From an uncultured bacterium (GTDB taxonomy: Bacteria; Verrucomicrobiota; Kiritimatiellia; RFP12; CAIWXQ01): a DNA stretch of 51,451 nt. The position numbers and the translations under genes are program-made. The notes beneath the pieces were generated by a model. That model did no database searches, had not been told where the DNA came from, and saw nothing but the letters and a program-made list of their open reading frames with translations. Below are positions 16,501 to 25,539 of this stretch, one piece after another; position 1 is the stretch's first letter; each line of letters begins with the position of its first letter. The stretch covers positions 1 through 51,451 of the forward strand of contig CAIOST010000339.1 in assembly GCA_903861045.1 (NCBI GenBank), read 5' to 3'.

Positions 16501-16815
16501 CTCGGGATCCGATAGCGGATCACCCCCTTCGATGGCTGGGAAGAAGAGCGGCTCGCGGCCGGTTTCGCGCCCCAGCGTCAGTAGGTCGGCATGCAGCGCC
16601 TCTAGCTCCTGTGGGCCCGGCGCGACCACCAGCACGGCCCCTAGCGGATGCTGCCGTCCCAGCGACAGGGCGGTCAGGGCGGCTGCCGCCCCCGGCAGGT
16701 GCGGGGCTGCCAGACGCGCTGCCGGCGCCGCGCGCAAAGCGGCCCGCAGCACTTCGTCAAAACTATCCAGCAAAGCTGTGGCAGGTGGCGACATACGACG
16801 GAATGGTAGCACCAT
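13537..16815 (-). CDS. mfd: Transcription-repair coupling factor Mfd (1092 aa)
   Basis: SF2 helicase motifs (LICGDAGYGKTEIAMRAAF; DEEQRFGV) and a TRG/CarD-like region. Length is typical. Start may be the internal Met at 16794. Confidence 0.9.
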   Translation of the reverse strand: MVLPFRRMSPPATALLDSFDEVLRAALRAAPAARLAAPHLPGAAAALTALSLGRQHPLGAVLVVAPGPQELEALHADLLTLGRETGREPLFFPAIEGGDPLSDPELAGIRFATLQALRQHATAPAGATLLATCVLALQQSVPDPLAVERAAVSLHVGAEFAFDELVERLVSGGFARVAEVTAKGELAVRGGLLDVWPLTAPLPLRAEFFGNTLESLRVFDPGTQCSVEKREEAWVPPCRVAALPEVLLADLLPEGSVVIWLAHDQVRQFAAERVAGDDKLLDWDQLQQHVAARRPVLELFCGDPPPPATPSLPLALAPIAGLADVADWHHPEVSAMVRQRLLAELTRRGAAGETVALCMDTAGACEQLVRELGAAAPVRVQHARLSGGFVLPAAHLTVATQSDLYAVRKQSGRRYLPATTAAAPARGPRVESLGELTPGDLVVHLDHGLGRYAGVTEIEMDGRRSEVMTLEYAEGARLHVPVAHASLLSRYVSVAGQPPPLHRLGGRRWLREKAEAERAIQDLAASLLETQARRQLRPGFAYQTDPSWMQAFEAAFPYRETVDQEKVIAEIKADLASNRPMDRLICGDAGYGKTEIAMRAAFIAVMNGKQVAVLVPTTVLAEQHYESFRERMAAYPIRIEVLSRFRTQAERRRVMLALAEGGVDIVIGTHTLLQPGLAFRDLGLLVIDEEQRFGVAHKEYLKQVRQLVDVLTLTATPIPRTLYQSMTGARDMSLLQTPPQERLAVETRVVRDTDAVIRSAILQELNREGQVFFLYNRVLSIDLMRARLERVVPEARVAVAHGQMSSTQLAGIMRDFEAGACDVLLCTTIVESGLDIPRTNTILIHRADRFGLADLYQLRGRVGRSSHKAFAYLLLPEQGHVDADGRQRLAAMQKHSALGAGFGLAMRDLEIRGAGNLLGSAQSGHIAAIGFGLYCQLLRRTVARLQGEQPPALVDVDLRLDFIDLSPGTPDAARSACLPYQYVEDDAQRFALHRRLAELVKVAEVRQLQQELADRYGALPPPVARLLRLAELRIQATARGVGRIEVREGCVRIFRGHSRDPLLQRGRLPQLTGRTVDQQLTALTKLVEAAGK
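13725..13778. repeat. Perfect 54-bp direct repeat (second copy at 883..936), candidate recombination core inside mfd
   Basis: atccgcaactccgccagccgcaacaagcgcgctaccggtggcggcagcgccccg is identical at both sites. Flanking homology decays towards the mfd 3' end. Confidence 0.8.
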
Positions 16816-16874
16816 CCACGCACTTAGGAAAGCGAACTACCACCAACCTGCATCGCGCCCTAGCCAGCCCCACG

Positions 16875-18020
16875 CTATTTTTTAAAAATCACCGGCGGGA
16901 TATCCAGGCGCACGGGTAGGCCCAGGAACATCCCCTGCCCCAGCGTATGCGCATCCCAGTTACAAAGCCGGAAACAACCGTGCGATTCCATATTGCCGAT
17001 GGTTTCGGGGTGCGGTGTGCCATGCATGCCATACCCCGGTTGACTCAGCGAAATCCAGTACACCCCAACCGGATTGCGCGGCCCGGGCGGCAGGATCAAT
17101 TTGCGCCCGATCTGCTGCGCGCGGGCCGACTCGGGAAAGTTTGCCGGATCAAACGTATAGTTGGGATGCGGCGCCACGTTGGCCACGCGCAACTCCCCCA
17201 CGGGGACCTTCGCCCGCTCGCGCGCAATCGAACAGGGGAAGGAACAGACCATCCGCCCCTTCGCATCGTAGCCCCGCAAGCGGAAGCATTCGGTATCCAC
17301 GACGATCTGTTTTACGTCAAACTTAACCGCCTCCGTACGTACATTCGGCACGCAGAGGCGGCGGCCAACCAGCCCTCCGCCCCAATTGGTCACCGACGGA
17401 TTCAAGCGCCGCAGAAAACCATCCGTGGCATGGAATTTTTCTGACAGACCTTCGATCAAGGAGTGGCAGGCCATGGCCGGCAGTTGTGCCGCCTCTTCCC
17501 AATCCGCGGCCCGGGGGCCGACTTGCGCCAGATCACCGGCGGTCACTTCGTACCAGACAAAAGCCGGTGCCGGATCATCCAACAGTTGCCGCCGCGCCTC
17601 GGCCTCTGGCACGGCATTGGTGGTGATATAGCGGAAATCGAGCAAGGCCTGCTGCGTCTTGCGCCCGGACTGGCCGTCAATCAAGCCAATGCCAAACCCC
17701 CGCCGATCGAGCGCAATCTGGATGGTCGCGGTTTCACGCACCGCCTTGACGAGCACCGGCTCGGCGCGCAGCGGCGCTACCACCACCGTCTCGACGCGCG
17801 CGATGGCGGCCGCCACCGGGCTGGCCGCTGGCAGCACCCGCGCATTCACCGTGGCAGGTGGTGGCGAGGTTGGCGCACGATATTCGGTCGCATAGACGGC
17901 CACCACGGCTTGGAGCTGATCTGGCAGATCCTCCACCCCTTGCCCGCGCACGTCATGCCCGAGCCCAAGCCAGAACACGAGCCCCAGAATCAGATTACGC
18001 TGGCTACTGACTGCACGCAT
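16875..18020 (-). CDS. L,D-transpeptidase (YkuD/ErfK family) with signal peptide
   Basis: Catalytic motif GYGMHGTPHPETIGNMESHGCFRLCN. N-terminal signal MRAVSSQRNLILGLVFWLGLG (start 18020 preferred over 18056). Confidence 0.75.
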   Translation of the reverse strand: MRAVSSQRNLILGLVFWLGLGHDVRGQGVEDLPDQLQAVVAVYATEYRAPTSPPPATVNARVLPAASPVAAAIARVETVVVAPLRAEPVLVKAVRETATIQIALDRRGFGIGLIDGQSGRKTQQALLDFRYITTNAVPEAEARRQLLDDPAPAFVWYEVTAGDLAQVGPRAADWEEAAQLPAMACHSLIEGLSEKFHATDGFLRRLNPSVTNWGGGLVGRRLCVPNVRTEAVKFDVKQIVVDTECFRLRGYDAKGRMVCSFPCSIARERAKVPVGELRVANVAPHPNYTFDPANFPESARAQQIGRKLILPPGPRNPVGVYWISLSQPGYGMHGTPHPETIGNMESHGCFRLCNWDAHTLGQGMFLGLPVRLDIPPVIFKK

Positions 18021-18075
18021 GGCACCAAAGATACCGTCATCGTCGGCATAGGCCAAGCATCTTGATGGGAGAAAT

Positions 18076-18119
18076 TTTGGTTGGCTGATGGTTTGGACAT
18101 GGGCAGGATCGGCGCAGAC
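18076..18119. repeat. 45-bp intergenic element, copy 1 (copy 2 at 51407..51451, truncated by window end)
   Basis: ttttggttggctgatggtttggacatgggcaggatcggcgcagac vs ttttggttggcagagggtttggacatgggcaggatcggtgcagac (about 41/45 identical). Confidence 0.7.
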
Positions 18120-18261
18120 AATTCAAATTGGCCACAAAAGGCACATAAAACGCAAAAAAAACGGCTGTTTTGTGTCTTTTGTGCTTTTTGTGGCTAAATT
18201 CCGCCTGGCGGGGAGTCCGCAGAACCATGTCTTCAGAAAAAGACCATGGATAAACGGCGGT

Positions 18262-18900
18262 CTAAAGCGCGTGACGCCCCATCATCCTGTCAATATCGCG
18301 CTTCCAGTCGGGTTGCAGGGGGGTCGTATCGCCCAACTGACGGGTAATCAGCGTCATCTGGGCGGCGGCCTCGACCAGTTCGAGCCGGTCAAAGGCCCGC
18401 AGGAGGGTGTCGCCCAGCGCCACCACGCCATGGTTCTGCAACAGCACGATGTCGGCTTGGCGCGTCTGTGCAGCGACCTGCTCGGCCAGCGCGGGCGTGC
18501 CCATCAAGGCATAAGGGGCCAGCGCGATGCGCTGCAACAGGGCGTAACTCTCCGCGATCAGTTCGCAGTTGATGGTCTGGCCGGCGAGGGAGAAGGCGGT
18601 GGCAATGGTCGGGTGCGCGTGTACAATGGCTTGAACGTCCGGGCGCGCCTGATAAATGGCCAGGTGCATGCCGGACTCGATACTAGGCTTGAGCTCTGGC
18701 GTGTGATTGACGCCATCCATCCCCATCACCAGAATCTGGCTAGTGGTTAGGCGCCCCTTATCGAGCGCTGAGGGCGTAATGGCAATGCGCTGATCCATCA
18801 GGCGCAGCGAAATATTCCCCCCGGAGGTAGTCGTCAGCTTCTGACGATACAAGCGCCGCATGTAGTAGGCTACTTCGCGGCGTTCATTGGCAAAATTCAT
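18262..18900 (-). CDS. Class II aldolase/adducin-family protein (fuculose-phosphate aldolase / ribulose-5-P epimerase-like)
   Basis: RRLYRQKLTTTSGGNISLR and IVHAHPTIATAFS motifs. Start taken at MNFANERRE (the ORF could extend to 19017). Confidence 0.7.
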   Translation of the reverse strand: MNFANERREVAYYMRRLYRQKLTTTSGGNISLRLMDQRIAITPSALDKGRLTTSQILVMGMDGVNHTPELKPSIESGMHLAIYQARPDVQAIVHAHPTIATAFSLAGQTINCELIAESYALLQRIALAPYALMGTPALAEQVAAQTRQADIVLLQNHGVVALGDTLLRAFDRLELVEAAAQMTLITRQLGDTTPLQPDWKRDIDRMMGRHAL

Positions 18901-19031
18901 AAGGGTATGGCTCCTGTCGCGAGGTAGCATAGCAAAGTTCCGCGCAAACTTGCGAAACATATGGCAGCCAAATTTCCTGTTGCTCAAACCGCTGACCGGG
19001 GCGTAGACTACTCCCAAGATGGTGTGGGGTC

Positions 19032-19364
19032 ATGATTGCGATGCAGGATGTCCTAAATAGAATTGTGGCCGTCGAGGCGGAGGCCCGTCGGCAGGTGGAG
19101 GCGGCCCAAGCGCAAGCCGCGCAGATTCTGGCGCGTGCCCGCCTTGCTGCCCAAGCCATGCAGGCACAAACGCACCAGGCCGTCCAGCTCGAGACAGCCA
19201 ACCTGCTGGCCACGCGACTCGCCGAGGCCACCCAGGAGCGGGATCGGCGCCTCGCGTTAGCCGCCGCGACCATCGCGGCACAGATCCGCCTGGATGACGA
19301 CACCGTGCGCCAGGTGGTAGATGCCGCCCTGCGGTGCGTCTGCGGCGAGGAGGTGCGGCCGTGA
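19032..19364 (+). CDS. atpG: V/A-type ATPase peripheral-stalk subunit G/H-like (small coiled-coil)
   Basis: 110-aa Ala/Gln/Arg-rich coiled-coil protein, first gene of the V-ATPase operon. It resembles Thermus-type AtpG. Confidence 0.5.
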   Translation: MIAMQDVLNRIVAVEAEARRQVEAAQAQAAQILARARLAAQAMQAQTHQAVQLETANLLATRLAEATQERDRRLALAAATIAAQIRLDDDTVRQVVDAALRCVCGEEVRP

Positions 19365-20404
19365 TGCGCACCCCCACGCTTGTTGATCTGGACTACTTGC
19401 TCGCACGCCTCCATGCGCGGCGCAGTCGGCTGGCGGAGGGCGCGCGGCTGGAGGGGCTCTGCCGCCTCAGGACGCTGCCGGAGTTGGCGCTCGCCCTGGA
19501 GCCCGGTTGGGTGACGCAGTCCGCCCGTGAGCTCCAGCGCACGCTAGTTACGCGCCTGGTACAAGAACTGACGGAGGTGCTGGCGCACTTGGAACGAAGT
19601 GGCCGCCATCTTGTAAGCAGCCTGCTAGCCCGGTTCCAGATCGAGAATCTAAAAGTCCTGCTCCGGGCGCATTGCCAGCACCTTTCGGCGGATGTGGTGC
19701 GTGCGTTCCTTGTGCCGCTGCCGGCGCCAATAATGCCGGATATGGCGGCTTTACTGGCGGCACCAACTTTTCCCGACTTTGTCGCCGCGCTACCACACGG
19801 CCGGGCGCGCGACCGGTTGGCCATGCCATGGCCCGACGAGCTCACGCCGTTTGCGCCGTTTCTGCGCGAAGCCGCCTTGGACGCCGGGTATTTTGCGGAG
19901 TTACTGACCGCATATGACCGGCTTGAACCAACGGAGCAGGCATACGTTGCACCCCTGCTCTTTCATGAACAATCAGCCGCACAATTCATGATGGCGTTAC
20001 GCGGCCGGTTCCATTACCGGCTGCCGGCGGCAGCTCTGCTGCGTGTCGCGATCGCGGCTGAAAACAGCGCCCAGACGCGTTGGTTTCGTGCCTTGCTGAG
20101 GGCCCCGGATTTTGCCACGGCCGCCGCTCTGGGGTACGGCGTAGTGTTGGACGATGGGGACACCCCGCTGACCGATATGGCGCAGGTGGAGATTCTGACG
20201 TGGCGGCGCTATTTGCGCTTAGCCAACCAGGCCTTGCGACGCAGCCACATGGGCATTGGCGCCGTGGCCGGCTACTTCGGGTTGCGGCGCGTGGAGGTTG
20301 CCAACCTCATCACGCTTACGGAGGGTATCCGCCTGGGCATGGACGAACCGCACCTCCACGCCCGGTTGATCACACCCGGGGAACCGGAGGTCGCGCATGC
20401 TTAG
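19334..20404 (+). CDS. atpC: V/A-type ATPase subunit C (V0 d subunit)
   Basis: DLDYLLARLHARRSRL... is colinear with Thermus AtpC (DFAYLNARVRVRRG...). About 350 aa. Confidence 0.7.
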   Translation: MRLRRGGAAVMRTPTLVDLDYLLARLHARRSRLAEGARLEGLCRLRTLPELALALEPGWVTQSARELQRTLVTRLVQELTEVLAHLERSGRHLVSSLLARFQIENLKVLLRAHCQHLSADVVRAFLVPLPAPIMPDMAALLAAPTFPDFVAALPHGRARDRLAMPWPDELTPFAPFLREAALDAGYFAELLTAYDRLEPTEQAYVAPLLFHEQSAAQFMMALRGRFHYRLPAAALLRVAIAAENSAQTRWFRALLRAPDFATAAALGYGVVLDDGDTPLTDMAQVEILTWRRYLRLANQALRRSHMGIGAVAGYFGLRRVEVANLITLTEGIRLGMDEPHLHARLITPGEPEVAHA

Positions 20405-22361
20405 GCCAGAGCCCATGGCGCACGTACAGCTCCTACTGCTAGCGCGCGACGAGCGTGCCGTTTTGCGGCAACTGGGGTCCGACGGGGTGATCCAACTGTC
20501 CGGTTCGTCGCCCGAAACGTCCATAGCGCCGCTGTCGCGACAGAATCGCGCCACGGAGTTAGCCCGCCTCGAGCAGCTCGCGGTCCGCCTCGCAAGCCTT
20601 GGCGAGGCCTTGGCTCTACCGGCGTCCGCACCGTGCGTGGCGGGATTCGAACCAACCATTGAACAAGTAGAGCGCACGCTCCAAGCCATGGAGCGACAGC
20701 TCGGCACGCGGCCCGCCCAGCGCCAGCAACTCGCGCAGCATCTTAGCGAAAAACAGTCGGCCTACGCGCAGGCGCAGCTCGCCCGCGAATTGGCGCTGCC
20801 CGTGGCGACGGCGGATTCTTCGTTTCTGTATTTTGTGCTCGGCTCGCGGCCTGTAAACGGCACCATCCGGTTAGTCGCTGACATGTCGGCCGTTGTGATT
20901 CCCCTGACAGCACAGGGTGGACGGCAGCGCGTGCTGGCCGTCGTCAGGCGTAGCGCACGCGCGGCGTTGGACCTGGCGTTGCAGCAGGCGGGGTTTCAGC
21001 AGGAGCAACTCCCCCGCGCGTGGCTCGACACGACTGATGCCGCCTGGGAGGATATGCAACGCGACTGCGAACAAGCGCATGCACAACTGCAACAGGCGGA
21101 CGAGCAGCTGCAACAACTGGCAAAGGAACTCGCCCCAAGCTGGGCCGCCGCCGCGTGTGCCATCCGCACCGAGCGCTGCCTACTGGAGACCGCAGCCAAG
21201 TTGCCACGCACGACGGCGGTCACCATGATTACGGGCTGGGTGCCGCAAGCGTCGGCCCCGGCGATAACAGGCTCGTTACGCGCACTGACACAGGGACGCT
21301 GCTGCCTTGCGGTAGCCCCCCCGACCGGCGACGAGGCCGAGGATGTCCCGGTCCTGATCCGGCACGCGCGCCTGCTGCGCCCTTTTGCTGCGCTGGTGCG
21401 CGGCTGCGGTTTGCCGCACTATTGGGAAGTGGAGCCCACGCTGTTCGTGGCCATTAGCTTTGTCCTCATGTTTGGCATGATGTTTGGTGATGTCGGCCAT
21501 GGCTTCATTTTGGCGGCGAGCGGACTGGTCGCCCTATGGGCGGGCCGGCGCGAAAACGTACGTGATGCCGGGGTCTTGCTGCTGAGCGGCGGGTGCGCGA
21601 GTATGCTGTTCGGGGTACTTTACGGCAGCTACTTTGGTCTGGCGGCAGCCCGCCCATATGCACTCTGGTGCGACCCCCTGGATGGTGACCCGGTGCGGCT
21701 GATGGCGCTGGCGGTCGGCGTCGGGATCGTCATGATCACCTTGGGGCTGCTGCTGAACATTATCAACCGCTGCCGCCGCGGCGACATCATCGGCGCCCTG
21801 ATGGGAGGGTGCGGCGTGCTTGGCATTATGTTCTACTGGGGCGCACTGACGCTACTGGTCAGTCCGGATATCCTGCGTTCATCCCATTTGCTAGCGGCGG
21901 CGCTGGGATTGTTCCTCGGCGTCCCCATGATCGGCTGGCTGCTCCGCCGGCCGCTCGAACTGTGGCACGCGCGGCGCGTGGGGATACCGTGTGAGCCACA
22001 GGGTTGGTTCGCCGCACTGGCAGAAACGCTGGTGGACGTTTTCGAGGTTGCCTTGAGCTATCTCGCCAACACGATCAGCTTCGTGCGTCTGGCCGCCTAT
22101 GCCATGAGCCATGCCGCGCTGCTGCTAGCCGCCTTTCTGCTCGCCGAGGCGGTGCGCGGGTTACCGGGCGGGCACGTCTGGGCGATCCTCGTGATCATCT
22201 TCGGCAACCTGGGCGCGCTACTCCTGGAAGGCCTGATCGCCGCGATGCAGGCCTTGCGTCTGGAATATTACGAATTTTTTAGCAAGTTCTATGCCGGCGG
22301 CGGGAAGGCCTTTACCCCCTTCCGCCTGCCGGTTAACAGCGTCATGGCACGTGTGCCCTGA
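20397..22361 (+). CDS. atpI: V/A-type ATPase subunit I (a subunit, membrane)
   Basis: 654 aa, with an N-terminal cytoplasmic coiled coil then multiple TM helices, including the conserved Arg-containing helix (…SFVRLAAYAMSHA…). Confidence 0.8.
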   Translation: MLRPEPMAHVQLLLLARDERAVLRQLGSDGVIQLSGSSPETSIAPLSRQNRATELARLEQLAVRLASLGEALALPASAPCVAGFEPTIEQVERTLQAMERQLGTRPAQRQQLAQHLSEKQSAYAQAQLARELALPVATADSSFLYFVLGSRPVNGTIRLVADMSAVVIPLTAQGGRQRVLAVVRRSARAALDLALQQAGFQQEQLPRAWLDTTDAAWEDMQRDCEQAHAQLQQADEQLQQLAKELAPSWAAAACAIRTERCLLETAAKLPRTTAVTMITGWVPQASAPAITGSLRALTQGRCCLAVAPPTGDEAEDVPVLIRHARLLRPFAALVRGCGLPHYWEVEPTLFVAISFVLMFGMMFGDVGHGFILAASGLVALWAGRRENVRDAGVLLLSGGCASMLFGVLYGSYFGLAAARPYALWCDPLDGDPVRLMALAVGVGIVMITLGLLLNIINRCRRGDIIGALMGGCGVLGIMFYWGALTLLVSPDILRSSHLLAAALGLFLGVPMIGWLLRRPLELWHARRVGIPCEPQGWFAALAETLVDVFEVALSYLANTISFVRLAAYAMSHAALLLAAFLLAEAVRGLPGGHVWAILVIIFGNLGALLLEGLIAAMQALRLEYYEFFSKFYAGGGKAFTPFRLPVNSVMARVP

Positions 22362-22379
22362 CGCAGCGGAGGATCACGC

Positions 22380-22721
22380 ATGCAAGCGACGCGAACGAGG
22401 GGTTGGTCAGTCGGTACGATCGTTACCGGGCTAGTGCTGCTGGGCTCGGCGGCCATGGCCAGCGAGGCCGGCAGTGCGGCAAGCCCGGTGGAAGCGGGGA
22501 GCGTCCATCGCACCGTCGGCTTGGGCATAGCGGCGGCGCTGGCCATAGCGATCAGCGTGCTAGGCGCTGGCCACGCGGTCGGCAAGATCGGTGCGGCCGC
22601 CATGGGCGCGGCAGCGGAAAAACCGGAACTGCTGACACGCAGTATCCTGTTCGTGGCTCTGGCCGAGGGGCTAGCCGTGCTGGGTTTTGCCGTAGCCATG
22701 ATGCTGATACAGAAGATCTGA
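22380..22721 (+). CDS. atpK: V/A-type ATPase proteolipid subunit K (c ring)
   Basis: 113-aa hairpin proteolipid with Gly-rich helices and the conserved carboxylate in LAEGLAVLG. Confidence 0.8.
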   Translation: MQATRTRGWSVGTIVTGLVLLGSAAMASEAGSAASPVEAGSVHRTVGLGIAAALAIAISVLGAGHAVGKIGAAAMGAAAEKPELLTRSILFVALAEGLAVLGFAVAMMLIQKI

Positions 22722-22776
22722 AACCATGCCAGGCGCTCGCAGCAGACTCAGGGTTGTGTCTCAGGAATAATTCTGC

Positions 22777-23130
22777 ATGAAATTCTACTGTATTGCTGAT
22801 GAAGACACCGTGCGCGGCTTTCGTCTGTCCGGGGTGGACGGGACCGTGGCGACCTCTGCCGAGGATGCCGCCAGGACACTAGCCACGGCTGCCGCACGCC
22901 CCGATTGCGGCGTCATCATTCTCACCGAGCCATGCGCCGCAGGCATCCGACCGCTGGTGACACAATTGCGACTGGAGCGCGACCGACCCTTGATCGTTGA
23001 AATCCCAGGACCCGCAGGCCCCCTGCCCGGTAACAAGCGCATATGGCGCCTTGTGCAGGAGGCCGTCGGTCTGTCACTGGAGGCAGAGAAAGGAGCCGCG
23101 GATGTCCCCATCCTCCGACCACGCCCCTGA
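22777..23130 (+). CDS. atpF: V/A-type ATPase subunit F
   Basis: MKFYCIADEDTVRGFRLSGVDG... matches the typical AtpF start (I.vIGd.dtv.GFrLaGi). Confidence 0.75.
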   Translation: MKFYCIADEDTVRGFRLSGVDGTVATSAEDAARTLATAAARPDCGVIILTEPCAAGIRPLVTQLRLERDRPLIVEIPGPAGPLPGNKRIWRLVQEAVGLSLEAEKGAADVPILRPRP

Positions 23131-23755
23131 CCTGCTTTGCGAAGAACTTCTGGCGGAGGCCGCCCGGCAAAGCGCGGTTATTCTGGCCAGTGCGCAGGCC
23201 GAGGCCACGACCCTATTCACGGCGGCGGTCACGGCGGCGGCGGAGTTCCGCCAGCAACGGATCGCCGCATCGCAGGCCGAAGCTACGCAGCGTTGCGAAG
23301 CCATTCTGGCTACGGTAGCACTCGAAACGCACCGGTTGCGGGCGACCCGGGTTGAGGAATGCCTGGCTGGCATCCGTACTACCATCCAGCAGCGCATTCA
23401 AGCGACCAGCTATGATCCCCGTGCGGTGATCATAGCCCTGGCAGCTCATGCGGCCCGGAGAATGACAGGCAGTGCCCTGGTGCTGAAGCTATCGCCAGCG
23501 GGGTGGGCCGCGCTAACCAAGGACGATGTGACAGAGATCGGTCGGCGCGCGGGGCGAGAGGCAACCGTCTTCACCCTCGCGGTGGATGCCACCATGGTGG
23601 ATGGCGGGGTGTTGCTCGAGGACAGCGAGGGACGACAGACGTGGGACAACCGTCTGTGCGCCCGTTTGGAGCGCTTGTGGCCGGCATTGCGCACACAGGT
23701 GGCCGTTCAAACCAGATTGCTTTATGATGGGCCAGCAACCGGAGACGCACGATGA
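23102..23755 (+). CDS. atpE: V/A-type ATPase subunit E
   Basis: ~218 aa with an N-terminal coiled coil (LLAEAARQSAVILASAQAEA) and a C-terminal globular part. Start taken at the internal Met. It overlaps the F 3' end in another frame. Confidence 0.65.
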   Translation: MSPSSDHAPDLLCEELLAEAARQSAVILASAQAEATTLFTAAVTAAAEFRQQRIAASQAEATQRCEAILATVALETHRLRATRVEECLAGIRTTIQQRIQATSYDPRAVIIALAAHAARRMTGSALVLKLSPAGWAALTKDDVTEIGRRAGREATVFTLAVDATMVDGGVLLEDSEGRQTWDNRLCARLERLWPALRTQVAVQTRLLYDGPATGDAR

Positions 23756-25539
23756 TGCCAGTCGGTAACTCATTGGTGAGCGGCGTCAGCGGGCCCACGG
23801 TGACCGCGATTGGCATGGCCGAGGCGCAGATGTATGAAGTCGTTGAAGTTGGCGAGCTTGGCCTGATCGGTGAAGTTGTCCGACTGCTTGGCGATCGCGC
23901 GACCATCCAGGTGTACGAGGACACTACGATGCTGAAGCCCGGGGCGCCCGTGCGGCGCACCGGCGCGCCACTCTCGGTCTGGCTCGGGCCCGGGCTGCTC
24001 GGCGGAATCTATGACGGCATCCAGCGGCCGCTGCCAGGCCTGCTGGCCCATAGCGATGCTTGGATCCGACCTGGCGAGAAGATCGACCCGCTAGACTTGC
24101 GTAAAAAATGGAACTTCACCCCCCTGCTACGAGCCGGCGACACCCTGTCAGCCGGCCAGATGCTGGGCGAAGTCGCCGAGACCGGCCTGGTGAAGCACCT
24201 TGTCATGGCACCCCCGGGCCTTACTGGTGTGATCCGATCCGTAGTCGCCCAAGGTGCGTACACCCTTGAGGATTCCTTGGCGGTCGTCACAACGGCCGCC
24301 GGCCCGCGCGAGCTACGCATGCTGCAGAAGTGGCCGGTGCGGGTCGCGCGCCCCATCCGGGAGCGCCTGCGCATTACCGAACCCCTGCTAACGGGGCAGC
24401 GAATCATTGATGCACTCTTCCCGCTGGGCAAAGGGGGCACGGCGGTGATCCCGGGCGGCTTCGGCACGGGCAAAACCATCACACAGCACCAGTTGGCAAA
24501 GTGGTCCGATGCCGAAATCATCCTCTTTATCGGTTGTGGCGAGCGCGGTAATGAAATGACCGAAGTGTTGCGCGACTTCCCGGAATTGCAGGACCCTCGC
24601 AGTGGACGCCCGCTGATGGAGCGGACCATCCTGATCGCGAACACGTCGAACATGCCGGTGGCGGCACGCGAAGTGTCCATCTACACCGGCATCAACCTTG
24701 CCGAGTACTACCGGGACATGGGGAAGAGCGTCGCCGTGCTCGCCGACTCGACCAGTCGCTGGGCCGAGGCGCTGCGCGAACTGGCGGCGCGGCTGGAGGA
24801 GATGCCCGCTGAGGAAGGGTTCCCAGCCAGCCTGCCAACACGCCTGGCCCAGTTTTACGAGCGCGCCGGCGCTGTCACCACCCTGGGCGGCGCGCGCGGC
24901 TCGATCAGCATCGTCGGCGCCGTCAGTCCGCCGGGCGGGGACTTTGCCGAACCGGTTACCCAGCACACGCGACGCTTCACCCGCTGCTTCTGGGCGCTCG
25001 ACACGGAACTGGCCAATGCACGCCACTACCCCTCCATCCACTGGCTCCACTCCTATTCGGAATATGTGGAGGACGTCAGCGCGTGGTGGGAACAAAAAGC
25101 CCCCGGCTACCGCGCACTGCGCAATGAAACGCTCGCCCTGCTACAGCGGGAGGAGCGCCTCCAACAAATTATAAAACTCGTCGGACCTGACGTGCTCCCG
25201 GATTCACAACGACTCATCGTTTTCATCGCCGATCTGCTCAAGGACGGCTTTCTCACTCAGAATGCTTTTGACGAGAAAGACATGTTCTGTTCACCGGAAC
25301 GGCAGGTGGCGCTGCTCCGACTCATCTTGACCCTCTACCGGCGTGGCAAAGAGCTGATCGAAGCGGGCACGCCGCTGGCGAAACTCCGCAGCCTCACGAG
25401 TGTGCCACGTCTGCTCCGCGCAAAATCCACCTTCAGCGACGCCCAGATGGATGGCCTCGCACAATTGGAACGCGAACTAGCAAAAGAGTTGGATGAACTG
25501 GCACACGCACAGGCCCATGGCCCGGGGAGCCAAGCATGA
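23752..25539 (+). CDS. atpA: V/A-type ATPase catalytic subunit A
   Basis: N-terminus [45 protein letters not shown], Walker A GGFGTGKT and [14 protein letters not shown]. Confidence 0.92.
   Translation: MMPVGNSLVSGVSGPTVTAIGMAEAQMYEVVEVGELGLIGEVVRLLGDRATIQVYEDTTMLKPGAPVRRTGAPLSVWLGPGLLGGIYDGIQRPLPGLLAHSDAWIRPGEKIDPLDLRKKWNFTPLLRAGDTLSAGQMLGEVAETGLVKHLVMAPPGLTGVIRSVVAQGAYTLEDSLAVVTTAAGPRELRMLQKWPVRVARPIRERLRITEPLLTGQRIIDALFPLGKGGTAVIPGGFGTGKTITQHQLAKWSDAEIILFIGCGERGNEMTEVLRDFPELQDPRSGRPLMERTILIANTSNMPVAAREVSIYTGINLAEYYRDMGKSVAVLADSTSRWAEALRELAARLEEMPAEEGFPASLPTRLAQFYERAGAVTTLGGARGSISIVGAVSPPGGDFAEPVTQHTRRFTRCFWALDTELANARHYPSIHWLHSYSEYVEDVSAWWEQKAPGYRALRNETLALLQREERLQQIIKLVGPDVLPDSQRLIVFIADLLKDGFLTQNAFDEKDMFCSPERQVALLRLILTLYRRGKELIEAGTPLAKLRSLTSVPRLLRAKSTFSDAQMDGLAQLERELAKELDELAHAQAHGPGSQA

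Noticed and set aside
18150-18200. T-rich palindrome aaaacggctgtttt as terminator
   Set aside because: Stem is only 5 bp and AT-rich, and the strand is ambiguous. Too weak to call.
18884-19414. 176-aa minus-strand ORF overlapping aldolase start and V-ATPase G/C genes
   Set aside because: Cys/Ala/Arg-rich antisense artefact. Overlaps two well-supported genes.
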